DNA of 64,000 bases from a virus. Under the pieces are notes generated by a model that saw only the letters and a program-made list of their open reading frames with translations, ran no database searches and had not been told where the DNA came from. The stretch spans positions 1 through 64,000 of the IMG/VR virus record IMGVR_UViG_3300036861_000275, one strand, 5' to 3'. Within the stretch, counting starts at the first letter, position 1; every line of letters starts with the position of its first letter. Of this stretch, positions 16,524 to 26,313 are shown in pieces. Made by a program: the position numbers and the translations under genes.

Positions 16524-16844
16524 CTACATAGATTGTACCTCTTCGGCCAACTTCCGCGCTCGCAAGAGACGCTCGCTCTCGATCCCGAGATCTTGCACCA
16601 AGGCCGCGACGCGCTTCTCAGTGCCGTCAATGTATGCCTGGATGGCGCCCACTTTGGTTGACTGAAGAGGCGGCAAGTCTTTCGTCCATCGTGTCTTACA
16701 ATGGAACGCAAGACCTGGCCCGCAGACACCACGGCCCTTCAGCCAATAGACAGTCTTGGTCACCTTCACGATTTCGGCTTCATGGATCTCGAGCTCGCGA
16801 TAGCCGGAGTAGACAGCGTAGACTTTGGTCCCAGTAGTTAGCAT
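16524..16844 (-). CDS. Hypothetical protein (SH3-like N-terminus, helical C-terminus)
   Basis: EAEIVKVTKT pattern. Confidence 0.6.
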   Translation of the reverse strand: MLTTGTKVYAVYSGYRELEIHEAEIVKVTKTVYWLKGRGVCGPGLAFHCKTRWTKDLPPLQSTKVGAIQAYIDGTEKRVAALVQDLGIESERLLRARKLAEEVQSM

Positions 16845-16848
16845 GGAT

Positions 16849-17100
16849 TCATGTCCTCGGTAGCGCGTTCATGAGTCTTTCCATTAGCCTGCCAGCGTAG
16901 GAGTTGGTGTCTATTTCTCGGCGACGCAGCTCTACGCAGACCAGGTCTATGGCGGCGTCCGTCATCTTTTCGGCTAGGCCGGTCTCCATGATGTCAGCCC
17001 TGAACCTCGCACCCGAGTTAAGAGCCAAGGCCACTAGAACTACCTCCGCATCGTTGAATCCATCGAACGCCTGTGCCGCTACCTCACGAACGTCACTCAT
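16849..17100 (-). CDS. Hypothetical protein
   Basis: Coupled ORF. Confidence 0.6.
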   Translation of the reverse strand: MSDVREVAAQAFDGFNDAEVVLVALALNSGARFRADIMETGLAEKMTDAAIDLVCVELRRREIDTNSYAGRLMERLMNALPRT

Positions 17101-17477
17101 GCCGGTGTTCTCCGGTACCTGATATAGGTGGTCTGTCTCGGGAAGTCGACGCTGTCATTGGCCATCCACTTCGCAAATGTAAACGCCTCGTGGCCATGCG
17201 CCTCGACGCCGAGCCAGTGTTGATTGTCGTGCGATCGGTCCGTGTCGTCGTGGCACGGTCGGCAAAGCATGGTCAAGTTGCTAGGTGTACTGAGGCCACC
17301 TTGGCTGCGTTTGATCACGTGATGTGGATCGAGCCTGGCCCCGCTTCTACACCAGGGATTTTCACAGCGATGGCGGCATCGGACGGTTAGGCTCTTCACC
17401 AGAGATACGTAGTCTTTCCGTGGCATCCCGTCCCGCATGATCGGCTTCGGCCGGCTGCTCAATCGGCTACGTTTCAC
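17097..17477 (-). CDS. HNH endonuclease
   Basis: CENPWC...LDPHHVIKRSQGG...SNLTMLCRPCHD. Confidence 0.85.
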   Translation of the reverse strand: MKRSRLSSRPKPIMRDGMPRKDYVSLVKSLTVRCRHRCENPWCRSGARLDPHHVIKRSQGGLSTPSNLTMLCRPCHDDTDRSHDNQHWLGVEAHGHEAFTFAKWMANDSVDFPRQTTYIRYRRTPA

Positions 17478-18336
17478 ATTCCGCCTCCTCCTCAACGCCG
17501 GCGACAAGATTCTGGCGCAGCCAGTCTATCTCCTGTAAGGCTTGCAGATGACGGGCGCGGTCCTCGATCCATCCCGTGTGCCCCTTGGCTTCTTCTGCGG
17601 CGATATATGCTAGCCGACGCCGAATCTCGCTCGTGGCCGCCGCCAAGGCCAGACGCGGATACTTGACGCGAGCGTGATGCACGAAGATCCGCACGGCCGT
17701 TAGGGGCGCCATGCCCGAGACGATGGCTTGCCGGCATAGTTTGTACATCGCGTAGCCGGTCTGAATTGCCTCGGGTACGACATAGAGCGAGGCCAGGTCC
17801 ATAATAGTCACACCGTAAGGGCCGACCATCACGTTGTGTGCGTGCAAGTCAATGTGGGCCAGCGTGGGCGCTCCCAGATCGGTCTCATAGGCGATAGCCT
17901 CGATGCCGTCGGCTGGCACGTGGCTCAGTGTGTGGCGCAGCCAGGCGATCCTCGCGGCGACTCGACCCAAGTCTGTAGCGTCCACGAAGCTCGTTCCTCC
18001 GACGTACCGCAGGACCACACAGCCGTGGGCCTCTCCGAGATGGCTTGGAAATAGATCTTGGAGTGCTGGCAGTAGGGCCATGCGGCGACGGTAACGGTCC
18101 TGCTCGCCAGCCGGAAGTTTTTTGACGACTAGGCCGGCCGGCAGGATGCGCATGTTCTTCGAGTTTTCCGCCGCATCGGCCTTGACCACCAGCCGCTCAT
18201 AGTTGCGCTCGACGATCGCCACAGGTCCGAAGCCGATCCCGAGATCGGCACAGACGGAGCGGGACAGGTCTGCCAGGTCCGGCTCGCACGGCCCCCATAT
18301 AGGCGATGGGCGCGAATGGTTGTCAGGCTCCCACAT
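17467..18336 (-). CDS. APH/choline-kinase-like phosphotransferase
   Basis: LVVKK, LAHIDLHAHNVMV (HxDxxxxN), IMDL. Confidence 0.75.
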   Translation of the reverse strand: MWEPDNHSRPSPIWGPCEPDLADLSRSVCADLGIGFGPVAIVERNYERLVVKADAAENSKNMRILPAGLVVKKLPAGEQDRYRRRMALLPALQDLFPSHLGEAHGCVVLRYVGGTSFVDATDLGRVAARIAWLRHTLSHVPADGIEAIAYETDLGAPTLAHIDLHAHNVMVGPYGVTIMDLASLYVVPEAIQTGYAMYKLCRQAIVSGMAPLTAVRIFVHHARVKYPRLALAAATSEIRRRLAYIAAEEAKGHTGWIEDRARHLQALQEIDWLRQNLVAGVEEEAECET

Positions 18337-18363
18337 AGGATCTATCCTCCCATCACCAGTAGG

Positions 18364-19014
18364 CTACGCTTCATCTCGTTCTACCCCTTGGCCCTGTGCG
18401 GCCAGGTCGATATTCGTAACTTCGACCATCACCAGAAATGCCGCCACTGGATGTTTGATGCCGTGCGCAGACATTAGCTTGCTAAAAACCCGCTCAACGA
18501 AATCTGCTTCGCTGGGCGGCATTCGGCTCAGAATGAACCGTAGAAAGCCGACCCCTGGAGCATCGGCCATACCCCGCGGCTTAGCGCCAGTGATGTCCGT
18601 AGCCCTGGCCTGGACGGCCGCGGTGGTGGCTTGGCCGGCGAACTTGACCTGCTCACGCCAGTCTACCGGATGGGCGTTCAAGTCTGCCGGTATCTTGGCG
18701 GCCAGCTTGAGCACTGGAGCGAGAGCGGCAGCTTTGTGAACGCCAAGCCTGGCAAGTAATTCCTTAGCTTCAGCCTGCTCTTCTACGGGGAGCGCCTCTA
18801 TGCCGGCATGGGCCTGTAGCCAGCGGCGCAGAGTACGATATCCAACGGATACGCGCTCATCAAAGTACGCCTCCTCACTTTGATAGCCGAAGTGTTCGTA
18901 CGTCTTTTCGCGTATCGCTTGAGCCGCCAGATCGGCGAAGTCCAGAAAGGAAGATGTCGTTTTTTTGGCGGCTTCGCGTAGACGGCGATCCAGATCTTCT
19001 GCGGCTGCATTCAC
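18364..19014 (-). CDS. Hypothetical helical phage protein, possibly DNA-binding
   Basis: YEHFGYQSEEAYFDER..VGYRT pattern. Confidence 0.65.
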   Translation of the reverse strand: MNAAAEDLDRRLREAAKKTTSSFLDFADLAAQAIREKTYEHFGYQSEEAYFDERVSVGYRTLRRWLQAHAGIEALPVEEQAEAKELLARLGVHKAAALAPVLKLAAKIPADLNAHPVDWREQVKFAGQATTAAVQARATDITGAKPRGMADAPGVGFLRFILSRMPPSEADFVERVFSKLMSAHGIKHPVAAFLVMVEVTNIDLAAQGQGVERDEA

Positions 19015-19466
19015 TTGGCGCGCCTCCGTTTATTGTCCTGGCGCTTACACTCTTTACAGCTCCTCGCGCCGGCTTTGGTGATGTATAAATTATCGCCCGA
19101 GTACAGATGCTCACGTGGGCAATGTGTCTTGGCTATGTTGTGTTCGCCGCGGTTCAGATTGCTAAGGTTGGGTACGTGCCGTCCTCTGGCCACACAGTCT
19201 CGCATGTTATCCGATTGAGTCCCGCGATATAAATGTTCTGGCTCGAAACAAGGCGGATTGTCACAAGCATGTAGGACCATCGGGCCATCTCCAGGCAGTC
19301 CTATCAGATCGGCCATGACAATGTGGACTTTGAGCGTGAGTCTGCCGTGGCGCACTTGGCCGTAGCCGTGCTCGTTGGTCGAGCCGTCCCAGATTAAACA
19401 GGCGCCTTTACGCCGACCGCGCGCAGTGAGGCGCTCAATCGTAAGCGGTGTTCTAGCCGGCGGCAT
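19011..19466 (-). CDS. HNH homing endonuclease
   Basis: CLIWDG...GYG...VLHACDNPPCFEPEHLYRGTQSDNMRD; KTHCPREH...CKEC. Confidence 0.88.
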   Translation of the reverse strand: MPPARTPLTIERLTARGRRKGACLIWDGSTNEHGYGQVRHGRLTLKVHIVMADLIGLPGDGPMVLHACDNPPCFEPEHLYRGTQSDNMRDCVARGRHVPNLSNLNRGEHNIAKTHCPREHLYSGDNLYITKAGARSCKECKRQDNKRRRAK

Positions 19467-20409
19467 TAGCTACATTCCTGATGAACTTGATTTCCTCGGC
19501 TAGGTTTTTGGTCAAATCGTGTCTCTCCTCGATCACACGTCTAGCCCTAGCCCTCAGCCAATCTCCTTTGGCGGCAGATATGGCGAGCTCGATCCGTGCC
19601 GATAACTCGTCTATCCGATCTGGCTCATGAGTAAAACACGGGTACGTCTTAGCGTCTGGAACGCCTGTCGAGACCACGCACGGTAAGCCGCAGGCCATAG
19701 CTTCCCAGAGCGCCTTCGGAGAGCCCTCCGACCATGACGGCATAGCAAACACGTCGGCGTCGCGTAGCATCGCGGAGACCTGGCCGTAGGACACCCGTCC
19801 AGGGAATAGAGTATATCTCCCTTCTGATACCGCTTTAGATACCAACTTCAACCTTTCAGGTCCTTCACCGAGGATGGTGAGGTTGACCATAGATCCTAGC
19901 CGGAGACTGTTGACGGCCTCGATCAGGTTCCCGAAATTCTTTTCCTTCGAGAGCCGCCCTATCGCAAGCACTTCACAGGTCGGCCTCGTCCGTTTGCTTA
20001 CTGGTATCCAGAACTTATCCAACGGCACGCCATTCGGAATGACCGTCACTGAAACATCTCGGTACCGGGTCCGAAGGGCCCAGCGTTTTTCTAGGCCATA
20101 GGCCGATACAATGATCCCGGCCGCGAAACGGCATGCCCAGTTACGTAGTGTCGCCCACATAGCGGCCTTGTAGGTCTTGCCGGCCAATCTAGCGAGCTCG
20201 GCATGGTCATAGCCGAGTGTCAGGACGAACGGTGGACCTCCGGCCATGCGCGCCCTAATGGCCGGGATGGCATAGCGAAGATTCGTTACATGTACGGCAT
20301 CGGCGCCATCTATGGTGTCCGTCACCTCAAACGCCTTGGCGTAAGCGTCCCTGTCCAGCTGGGTTCTCTCGTCAGCAGGAGACGGATCTCGTAATACCGC
20401 TAGGCGCAT
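19453..20409 (-). CDS. Glycosyltransferase family 4
   Basis: VIPNGV, IGRLSKEKN, DVFAMPSWSEGSPKALWEAMACGLP. Confidence 0.9.
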   Translation of the reverse strand: MRLAVLRDPSPADERTQLDRDAYAKAFEVTDTIDGADAVHVTNLRYAIPAIRARMAGGPPFVLTLGYDHAELARLAGKTYKAAMWATLRNWACRFAAGIIVSAYGLEKRWALRTRYRDVSVTVIPNGVPLDKFWIPVSKRTRPTCEVLAIGRLSKEKNFGNLIEAVNSLRLGSMVNLTILGEGPERLKLVSKAVSEGRYTLFPGRVSYGQVSAMLRDADVFAMPSWSEGSPKALWEAMACGLPCVVSTGVPDAKTYPCFTHEPDRIDELSARIELAISAAKGDWLRARARRVIEERHDLTKNLAEEIKFIRNVANAAG

Positions 20410-21593
20410 GGTAGCCCCCGATAAACCCTTAATAACCGTTCCGCTATTAAGACTTTAGAGAATCTCTGTAAGACGTTCTGTCTGGCTTCGGGTATATTCC
20501 AGGGCCACTTACGCTGGATGAGTTGCAGCGCAATTTCCGGAATACACTCAGGACTTGTCAAGGTACCGGTACCCTTGGTGATGATCTCTGGCAGGCCGCC
20601 CCTATCAGTTGCCAGGATGTACCTCTCTTGTGCCTGCGCCTCGAGGGCGGTCCGCGGCAGCGTATCGCATTGAAGTGGCGGGATCATGACAAACGTCGAT
20701 GCCCGCATCCATCGCAACACCTCGGTGCGTGGTAACGGCCCGACCGAGAGGACGTTGGGATGTGTCTTGTCCTTTTGCCCTACATGTACGAATGCGGCTT
20801 GCTTATGCCCTTGAGTCGCCGCCATCGTGAACAGTCCCCATCCCTTACCAGGGCTCGGCTTGCCGACAAAGAGCACGACAGGACGGAACCCTAATTCGTG
20901 TCGGTCCCGCAGGTTTATAGCCTCCGCTAGGAAAACGGGCGGCTCTGGGTTGACGGGTGACGGTATAACAACACTTGTTATATTCCGCTGAGAGTAGACC
21001 TGCCGCAATGCCTCGGATGGGAAGACCACCGCGTATGCGTGCTGTAGTTGATCTAGGATGCCGCGTCGCCAACGATAGCCTAGAGCGCGTTGAACGTAGG
21101 CTCGATGCCCGCCATACTGGCGCACAAATTCCGGGATGCACTCCGTCATCAGCTTGCCCTGACCGCAGTCGCTCGGAATGGTGATCCGGGAGAGCAGGCA
21201 GACCGCAATCGGACAAAGCAGGCCCACGTCACGCAGTGTGACAATCCGCCTAGTTCTCCAGTCTTTGACCTGGCAGAGCGCCCCGAAGGAACGCCAGTCT
21301 TGAGCATGTACAACCTCAGTCGGCATCATGACGTCCGCGTAGGCGGCCATCACGTCCTTCCACCCGCCAGACTTCCAGTAGTCTCGTTCCCTGTCCGAGG
21401 ACGGCGCAGGGAACCTGATCACATCGACGCCGCCCACAGATTCCTCGTCTTGGGTTTCTTCTATCCACTTAGGGGTGAGCACCTGAACCTGATGGCCCAG
21501 CATCGCAAGGGTTTCCGCCTCGAGGCGGACACTCTCAGCAGAGCCACCCTGTTCCGAGGGAGGATAGTGTTCGCATAACATCAAGACTCTCAT
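20400..21593 (-). CDS. Glycosyltransferase family 4
   Basis: MRVLMLCEHYPP..GGSAE, FVGKPSPGKG, DTLPRTALEA, ATDRGGLPEII. Confidence 0.88.
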   Translation of the reverse strand: MRVLMLCEHYPPSEQGGSAESVRLEAETLAMLGHQVQVLTPKWIEETQDEESVGGVDVIRFPAPSSDRERDYWKSGGWKDVMAAYADVMMPTEVVHAQDWRSFGALCQVKDWRTRRIVTLRDVGLLCPIAVCLLSRITIPSDCGQGKLMTECIPEFVRQYGGHRAYVQRALGYRWRRGILDQLQHAYAVVFPSEALRQVYSQRNITSVVIPSPVNPEPPVFLAEAINLRDRHELGFRPVVLFVGKPSPGKGWGLFTMAATQGHKQAAFVHVGQKDKTHPNVLSVGPLPRTEVLRWMRASTFVMIPPLQCDTLPRTALEAQAQERYILATDRGGLPEIITKGTGTLTSPECIPEIALQLIQRKWPWNIPEARQNVLQRFSKVLIAERLLRVYRGLPCA

Positions 21594-21615
21594 CTGGCCA
21601 TCAGTTCTGCGACCG

Positions 21616-21798
21616 TCACTTGCCGTCGCCGATGCAAGGACTCACCAGATGTTCAGGATTTGCGAAGAAGGTTTTAACCCTGACAGCGCTAAGGGCGGCC
21701 GCTCTGGCATCCTCACAAGCCCCCTTTGAGGCGAACTCCATCTTGACGGGCCGATCCCCCAGGAATATCACGAAGAAGTAGATTAGCGCCCCGATCAT
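21616..21798 (-). CDS. Small protein with hydrophobic N-terminus (EFxSxxAC motif)
   Basis: MIGALIYFFVIFLG...EFASKGACEDA. Confidence 0.55.
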   Translation of the reverse strand: MIGALIYFFVIFLGDRPVKMEFASKGACEDARAAALSAVRVKTFFANPEHLVSPCIGDGK

Positions 21799-22511
21799 GC
21801 CGGCCTCAACACATACAGCGTCGTGGCCGCGGGCGCCTGGAGATGCTGAGGAAGATTCTCGATCGAGCGCACTGAAGGCCCGATCATGGTATCGAAGTTA
21901 TGCCGCCATAGAACGTAGTCCCCGGTCGACTTCAGCGCATCCCATGAGGCTGGCCCTTTGGCGATGGTGCCGAAGCCAGGTTCTTCGACCAGGACTACGG
22001 CTTGCCTTGCCCGATGGCGCATCCACGACACCAGCCGCTCCGCTCCGGTACGCTCCAGATGCCCGAGCACGCCGACCGTGAAAATGACATCGGCGGCATA
22101 CACCGGCGATAGCAGCATGTCGTAAAGATTGGCGGCAGTGAAGATGGACTTTGCGGGGAGTGTGGACTTGCATTCCCGGATCGCGTCAGCGTTAATGTCC
22201 ACCCCGATCACGCCCAGGTCGACATACTTCCGGCGTAGCTCTGCTAGATTACGGCCGCAGCCGCAGCCTAGTTCCATGACGTTCTTCGCATCCATGAAAA
22301 CGCCATGCTTAGCCAGCCAGCGAGCGCGTAGCTGGGCCCTACTGAGACTAGTGGGAGCATCCCTGTAGCCCAGCATATACGTCTCCGTACGTTGCGAGAT
22401 GCCCCGCCACTGTTTTGCTGTCATCTCCCGGACGGCTAACACGTCTGTCTGGTCAGGATAGCGTCGCAATTTCTCCCGTAGCATCCGCACTGTCTCCGTC
22501 CATTTGTTCAT
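21795..22511 (-). CDS. Class I SAM-dependent methyltransferase
   Basis: VMELGCGCGRNL, GVDIN, DVIFTVGVLGH. Confidence 0.85.
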   Translation of the reverse strand: MNKWTETVRMLREKLRRYPDQTDVLAVREMTAKQWRGISQRTETYMLGYRDAPTSLSRAQLRARWLAKHGVFMDAKNVMELGCGCGRNLAELRRKYVDLGVIGVDINADAIRECKSTLPAKSIFTAANLYDMLLSPVYAADVIFTVGVLGHLERTGAERLVSWMRHRARQAVVLVEEPGFGTIAKGPASWDALKSTGDYVLWRHNFDTMIGPSVRSIENLPQHLQAPAATTLYVLRPA

Positions 22512-23515
22512 AGCATGCTCCGGTAGGCCGATTCGATCCTGTCTAGCCAGACTTCCGGCGTGTATGCGCCTTGCCACGCCGCACGATTCATGACCGCTAG
22601 CGTAGTCGGCTGACAAGCCAGCGCCCTAACAATAGCATCCGGCATATCACGTTCCGGCATGGCCTGACGATTCCCGAGCAGGTCGAGCATTGGCCCCCCT
22701 TCCGCCGCAACTATCGGCAGGCCGGCGGCCATCGCCTCGAGCACGGCTAGAGGGCATCCCTCCATCTTGGACATGAAGACGAATAGGTTTGCTGTGCGTA
22801 ACAAGGCGTCTTTCAGTAATTCAGCGGTGCGTCCCAGGAAAAATACACGCTCCTGAATATCGAGGGTCCTGACGAGCGCCCGTGCCTCGGCCAGTAGCGG
22901 TCCGTCCCCGACCCAAATCAGGTCAGAGTCAGGCCGCATCCGTACTACATCTGCCCAGAGACGCACTAATTCTAGCGGCCGCTTTCGCGGTATTAGTGGC
23001 CCTACGGTAACGGCTAGATTCAATGTCCGGTAATACCCTTTGCCGCCCGGTTCTCGGATGCCGCATCCAGATACAACCACTGGCGGTAGCTTAGCATCCT
23101 TGCCCACGCGGGCAAACTCATTACGCAACTGCTGCGCCACGAAATGACTGTCGACCACCACCAGATCAGACTTAGATATGACCCAGCGCTCGACCGGTGC
23201 GCAGACAGGCTCCCAGTGATGTACATGCGTGACCATGGGAAGCCCTGTGCGGGCCAGGATACACGCCGGCCCTAGATGGCTTGTGGAATGACACCTGAGC
23301 AGGTCAAATGCCGGCCCAGATCGGCTGGCGGCCCGCAGCATCGGCGCCATGGTCGCCCACGCCACCGGCCACCGGCCTAGTCCTTTGCGCGGGAAAGATA
23401 CCGTACGGACACCATGTCCACGCTGTCCCAGCCCTAGAGCTAGCTCGTATTCGTACCGACTTCCGCCGCCGGTAGCGTTTGCCGTGAATCCGCAGGACGG
23501 ACTGAGGATTCTCAC
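22508..23515 (-). CDS. Glycosyltransferase family 4
   Basis: VGPLIPRKR, VGDGPL, EGCPLAVLEAMAAGLP; GTG start coupled to an upstream micro-ORF. Confidence 0.9.
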   Translation of the reverse strand: MRILSPSCGFTANATGGGSRYEYELALGLGQRGHGVRTVSFPRKGLGRWPVAWATMAPMLRAASRSGPAFDLLRCHSTSHLGPACILARTGLPMVTHVHHWEPVCAPVERWVISKSDLVVVDSHFVAQQLRNEFARVGKDAKLPPVVVSGCGIREPGGKGYYRTLNLAVTVGPLIPRKRPLELVRLWADVVRMRPDSDLIWVGDGPLLAEARALVRTLDIQERVFFLGRTAELLKDALLRTANLFVFMSKMEGCPLAVLEAMAAGLPIVAAEGGPMLDLLGNRQAMPERDMPDAIVRALACQPTTLAVMNRAAWQGAYTPEVWLDRIESAYRSML

Positions 23516-23579
23516 CACAGCCCCAAGAAAAGCATTCGTATCAGCCAAGCGCCTAGTAGTGCCAACATGACCCAGCGCC

Positions 23580-24680
23580 TTACCATTTTCCTGTTATCCG
23601 TCCTATTTCGCGCACTACGGTGACCTGTTGATCAGCCGTAATGTCGGGACCGCTTGGCAAAATCAACAGCGTCCTAAGAAGATTCTCGGCTACAGGTGTC
23701 GGTGTAGATACCGACACATGCGGATAAAATCCGAGAGGGTAAAAACCCGGCCGCGTCTCGACACCAAGTTCGCCCAAAGCTAGCCCCAGGTCTCCTGGTA
23801 ACATTTTTGTGAACGTGTCCGTCTTGAGTGCGGTCAGCCACCACGCCGGCGTATGCGGGCCTGGGCTCTGAAAGGCGGACTCCGACACGCCGGTCGCCAG
23901 ATGCTCGAACGCAGACAACCATCCAGCGTGAACCTGATTGCGTTTGAAGACCAGTTCCTGAATACGTTCTAGTTGGGCACAGGCCAAGGCGGCGTTCAAA
24001 TGAGCCGGCTGCATATTCAGACCGGGCTTAGTCGCCCAGTACCGAACCCGACTGCACGGTAAACCGTTGTGCGACCACTGCCGCACGAGACGAGCAATCT
24101 CAGAATCATCGGTCAGGACGGCGCCTAGTTGGCCACCGCTGATGGTCTTTTCCCCACGGAAACTCATGATGCTGACCGCTCCACGACTGCCAGCTACTTG
24201 ACCGTTGGCATACATGGCGCCGTGGGCCTCGGATGCGTCCTCGATCAACGGCACGTCGTGTTGTGAACACCAATCCGCTATGAGGTCGCTTTCCTTGGCC
24301 AGCACTCCGTAGGTATGAGCTAACACTACCGCTTCTAGTGGAGCCGTCCCTATATCAGAGACGAGGTGCATGCCAAAAGTTCTTGGTTCGGCGTCGGCTA
24401 TCCGGATACTGAGCCCGGCCATGATAGCGGCATTGCAGACCGCGTCGCAAGTATACGCCGGGAGCAAGACCGGTCCCTTGATGTCAAGCGCCCGGAGTGC
24501 CAGGTAAAGCGCGGCCGTACCGGACGACACGGCAACCACGTGGGCTCGGCCAGTCAGTTTGCACAGCCAATCCTCGAACCGATCGACATACGGGCCAACA
24601 GTCACCCAGCCGGATCTAAGGGCCGCCGCTACGTATTCCTGTTCTAATGGACCAAGCGACGGCGAATTTAGCGGAATCAA
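23580..24680 (-). CDS. DegT/DnrJ/EryC1/StrS PLP-dependent sugar aminotransferase
   Basis: GPYVDRFE, SSGTAAL, IEDASEAHG, SFRGEK (catalytic Lys), LPSG. Confidence 0.92.
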   Translation of the reverse strand: MIPLNSPSLGPLEQEYVAAALRSGWVTVGPYVDRFEDWLCKLTGRAHVVAVSSGTAALYLALRALDIKGPVLLPAYTCDAVCNAAIMAGLSIRIADAEPRTFGMHLVSDIGTAPLEAVVLAHTYGVLAKESDLIADWCSQHDVPLIEDASEAHGAMYANGQVAGSRGAVSIMSFRGEKTISGGQLGAVLTDDSEIARLVRQWSHNGLPCSRVRYWATKPGLNMQPAHLNAALACAQLERIQELVFKRNQVHAGWLSAFEHLATGVSESAFQSPGPHTPAWWLTALKTDTFTKMLPGDLGLALGELGVETRPGFYPLGFYPHVSVSTPTPVAENLLRTLLILPSGPDITADQQVTVVREIGRITGKW

Positions 24681-25597
24681 CTCTGTTTCTCCTTCCAGAT
24701 GTGATGGCTCTGTCCTGCGATGATGCGTAACTTACGCATCGGCCCGTATTCGGACTCGTGCATCGCTATGATGCCGTTACCTTTAGCCTCTTCCCAGCGC
24801 CTAATGTAGCGTGTCAGCCTGGCCAGACCAGCCGGTTCCAAAGACGCACTTTGATCCGTCCCCCACGCGGAGCGATCTAAAGTAAAGTGCGCCTCGATCA
24901 CCGCGGCGCCGAGTACGGCGGCAGCGAACTTATCCCATATACCGACCGCATGGCTGGAGTACCCTACCACCGCTTCATGACCAAAGGCTTCATGAAACGT
25001 TAGGATAGCCTTCAGGTTGAGCGCCTCCGGTGGACATGGGTATGCCGATTTGCACCACAGGATCACCAGCGGCATTCCCGGCGACGCCATGAGTAGAATA
25101 TTGTAGGCCCGGATGATCTCGGCATCCGACGACATGCCCGTCGAAAGTATCACAGGCTTACCCGTTTTTGCCGCTGCCACCAGAAGGGAGTCGTCCGTCA
25201 AGCATGCGGACGGGATCTTATACGCCGGCAGATCGTACTGCTTCAGAAATTCCAGGCTCGGTGTATCCCATGCCGAAGCGAACCAGGTGATGTTCTCGCG
25301 GGCACAAAATGATGCTATAGCATCGAACTCGCGCGTCTCGAACTCAAGCCGGCGCCGATAGGTCATGTAGTCCATCTGGCCCCACGGAGTATCACGCATC
25401 ACCGACCGCTGCGCTACAGGTACGGCGATTTCCAGGGTGCGTTTCTGAAACTTCACGGCATTAGCGCCAGAATCAATGGCGGTCCAGATCATCTTGAGTG
25501 CTGTGGCGACATCGCCGTTGTGGTTTTGCCCTATCTCCGCGACTATATAGCAAGGCAAATCCTGCCCGACTTCGGCGTGGTCTATCCTCACCCTCAT
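24677..25597 (-). CDS. neuB: NeuB-family nonulosonic acid synthase (short form, no SAF domain)
   Basis: IVAEIGQNHNGD, AVKFQKR, KIPSA, LSTGMS, GYSSH, IEAHFTLDR..WGTDQSASLEP. Confidence 0.93.
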   Translation of the reverse strand: MRVRIDHAEVGQDLPCYIVAEIGQNHNGDVATALKMIWTAIDSGANAVKFQKRTLEIAVPVAQRSVMRDTPWGQMDYMTYRRRLEFETREFDAIASFCARENITWFASAWDTPSLEFLKQYDLPAYKIPSACLTDDSLLVAAAKTGKPVILSTGMSSDAEIIRAYNILLMASPGMPLVILWCKSAYPCPPEALNLKAILTFHEAFGHEAVVGYSSHAVGIWDKFAAAVLGAAVIEAHFTLDRSAWGTDQSASLEPAGLARLTRYIRRWEEAKGNGIIAMHESEYGPMRKLRIIAGQSHHIWKEKQS

Positions 25598-26313
25598 TTG
25601 CAGTCTCCCGGCGTCCATCGCCGCTGGGCGGCTATTGTGGCGGCGCGCTCTAGATCGTCCAGTGTGTCTATCTGACACGCACGGTCCTCGGCGGGATACG
25701 GTACTACCAATCCGGCTATGGTGTACCCTTCCATACTGCCGGCACGAATGCAGCGTACCCGCACAGCGTCAATCCAGCCGGCCGATTGGAATGCTGGCGG
25801 TAACAACTGACGTGGATGATTAGCTCGGCTATCCTCAGAAATGTAGGGGGCCAGCCAAGGCTGACCCGAGAGATCGCCGAGAACCTTATACATCTTGAGA
25901 GGATGGTGGATGGCCGGCACCACAGATCGTATCGAGTCTATCTCTGGATGTGCATCCATGAACTCGACTACGTCTTTGATGTTCTCCGGATTCCTGAACG
26001 GTGCCGTCGGGCGCAGCCAGACTATCAAATCGTCCGAGTCCAAGACGGTCTCGAAAATGAGATGCTGCGCCACTGGTAGATCCGGTGTCCAATCCTGACT
26101 CCAACGGCTCGGCCTTTCCAGGACGCCCACGTTGAGCCTCTCCGCCTCTGCCAGGATTTCGACTGATTCACTAGACACGATGACTGGGTAGGTCGTGTGG
26201 CGCGTGGCCATGACAGCCCACTCCAAGAGGGTGGCGCCGTTCAGTTTAGACAGATTCTTGCCGGGTATGCCCTTAGATCCACCGCGGGCCGGTATTACGA
26301 TTGTAGTTTTCAA
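25594..26313 (-). CDS. neuA: NeuA-family acylneuraminate cytidylyltransferase
   Basis: IVIPARGGSKGIPGKN, LRPTAPFR, IDTLDDL. Confidence 0.92.
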   Translation of the reverse strand: MKTTIVIPARGGSKGIPGKNLSKLNGATLLEWAVMATRHTTYPVIVSSESVEILAEAERLNVGVLERPSRWSQDWTPDLPVAQHLIFETVLDSDDLIVWLRPTAPFRNPENIKDVVEFMDAHPEIDSIRSVVPAIHHPLKMYKVLGDLSGQPWLAPYISEDSRANHPRQLLPPAFQSAGWIDAVRVRCIRAGSMEGYTIAGLVVPYPAEDRACQIDTLDDLERAATIAAQRRWTPGDCK

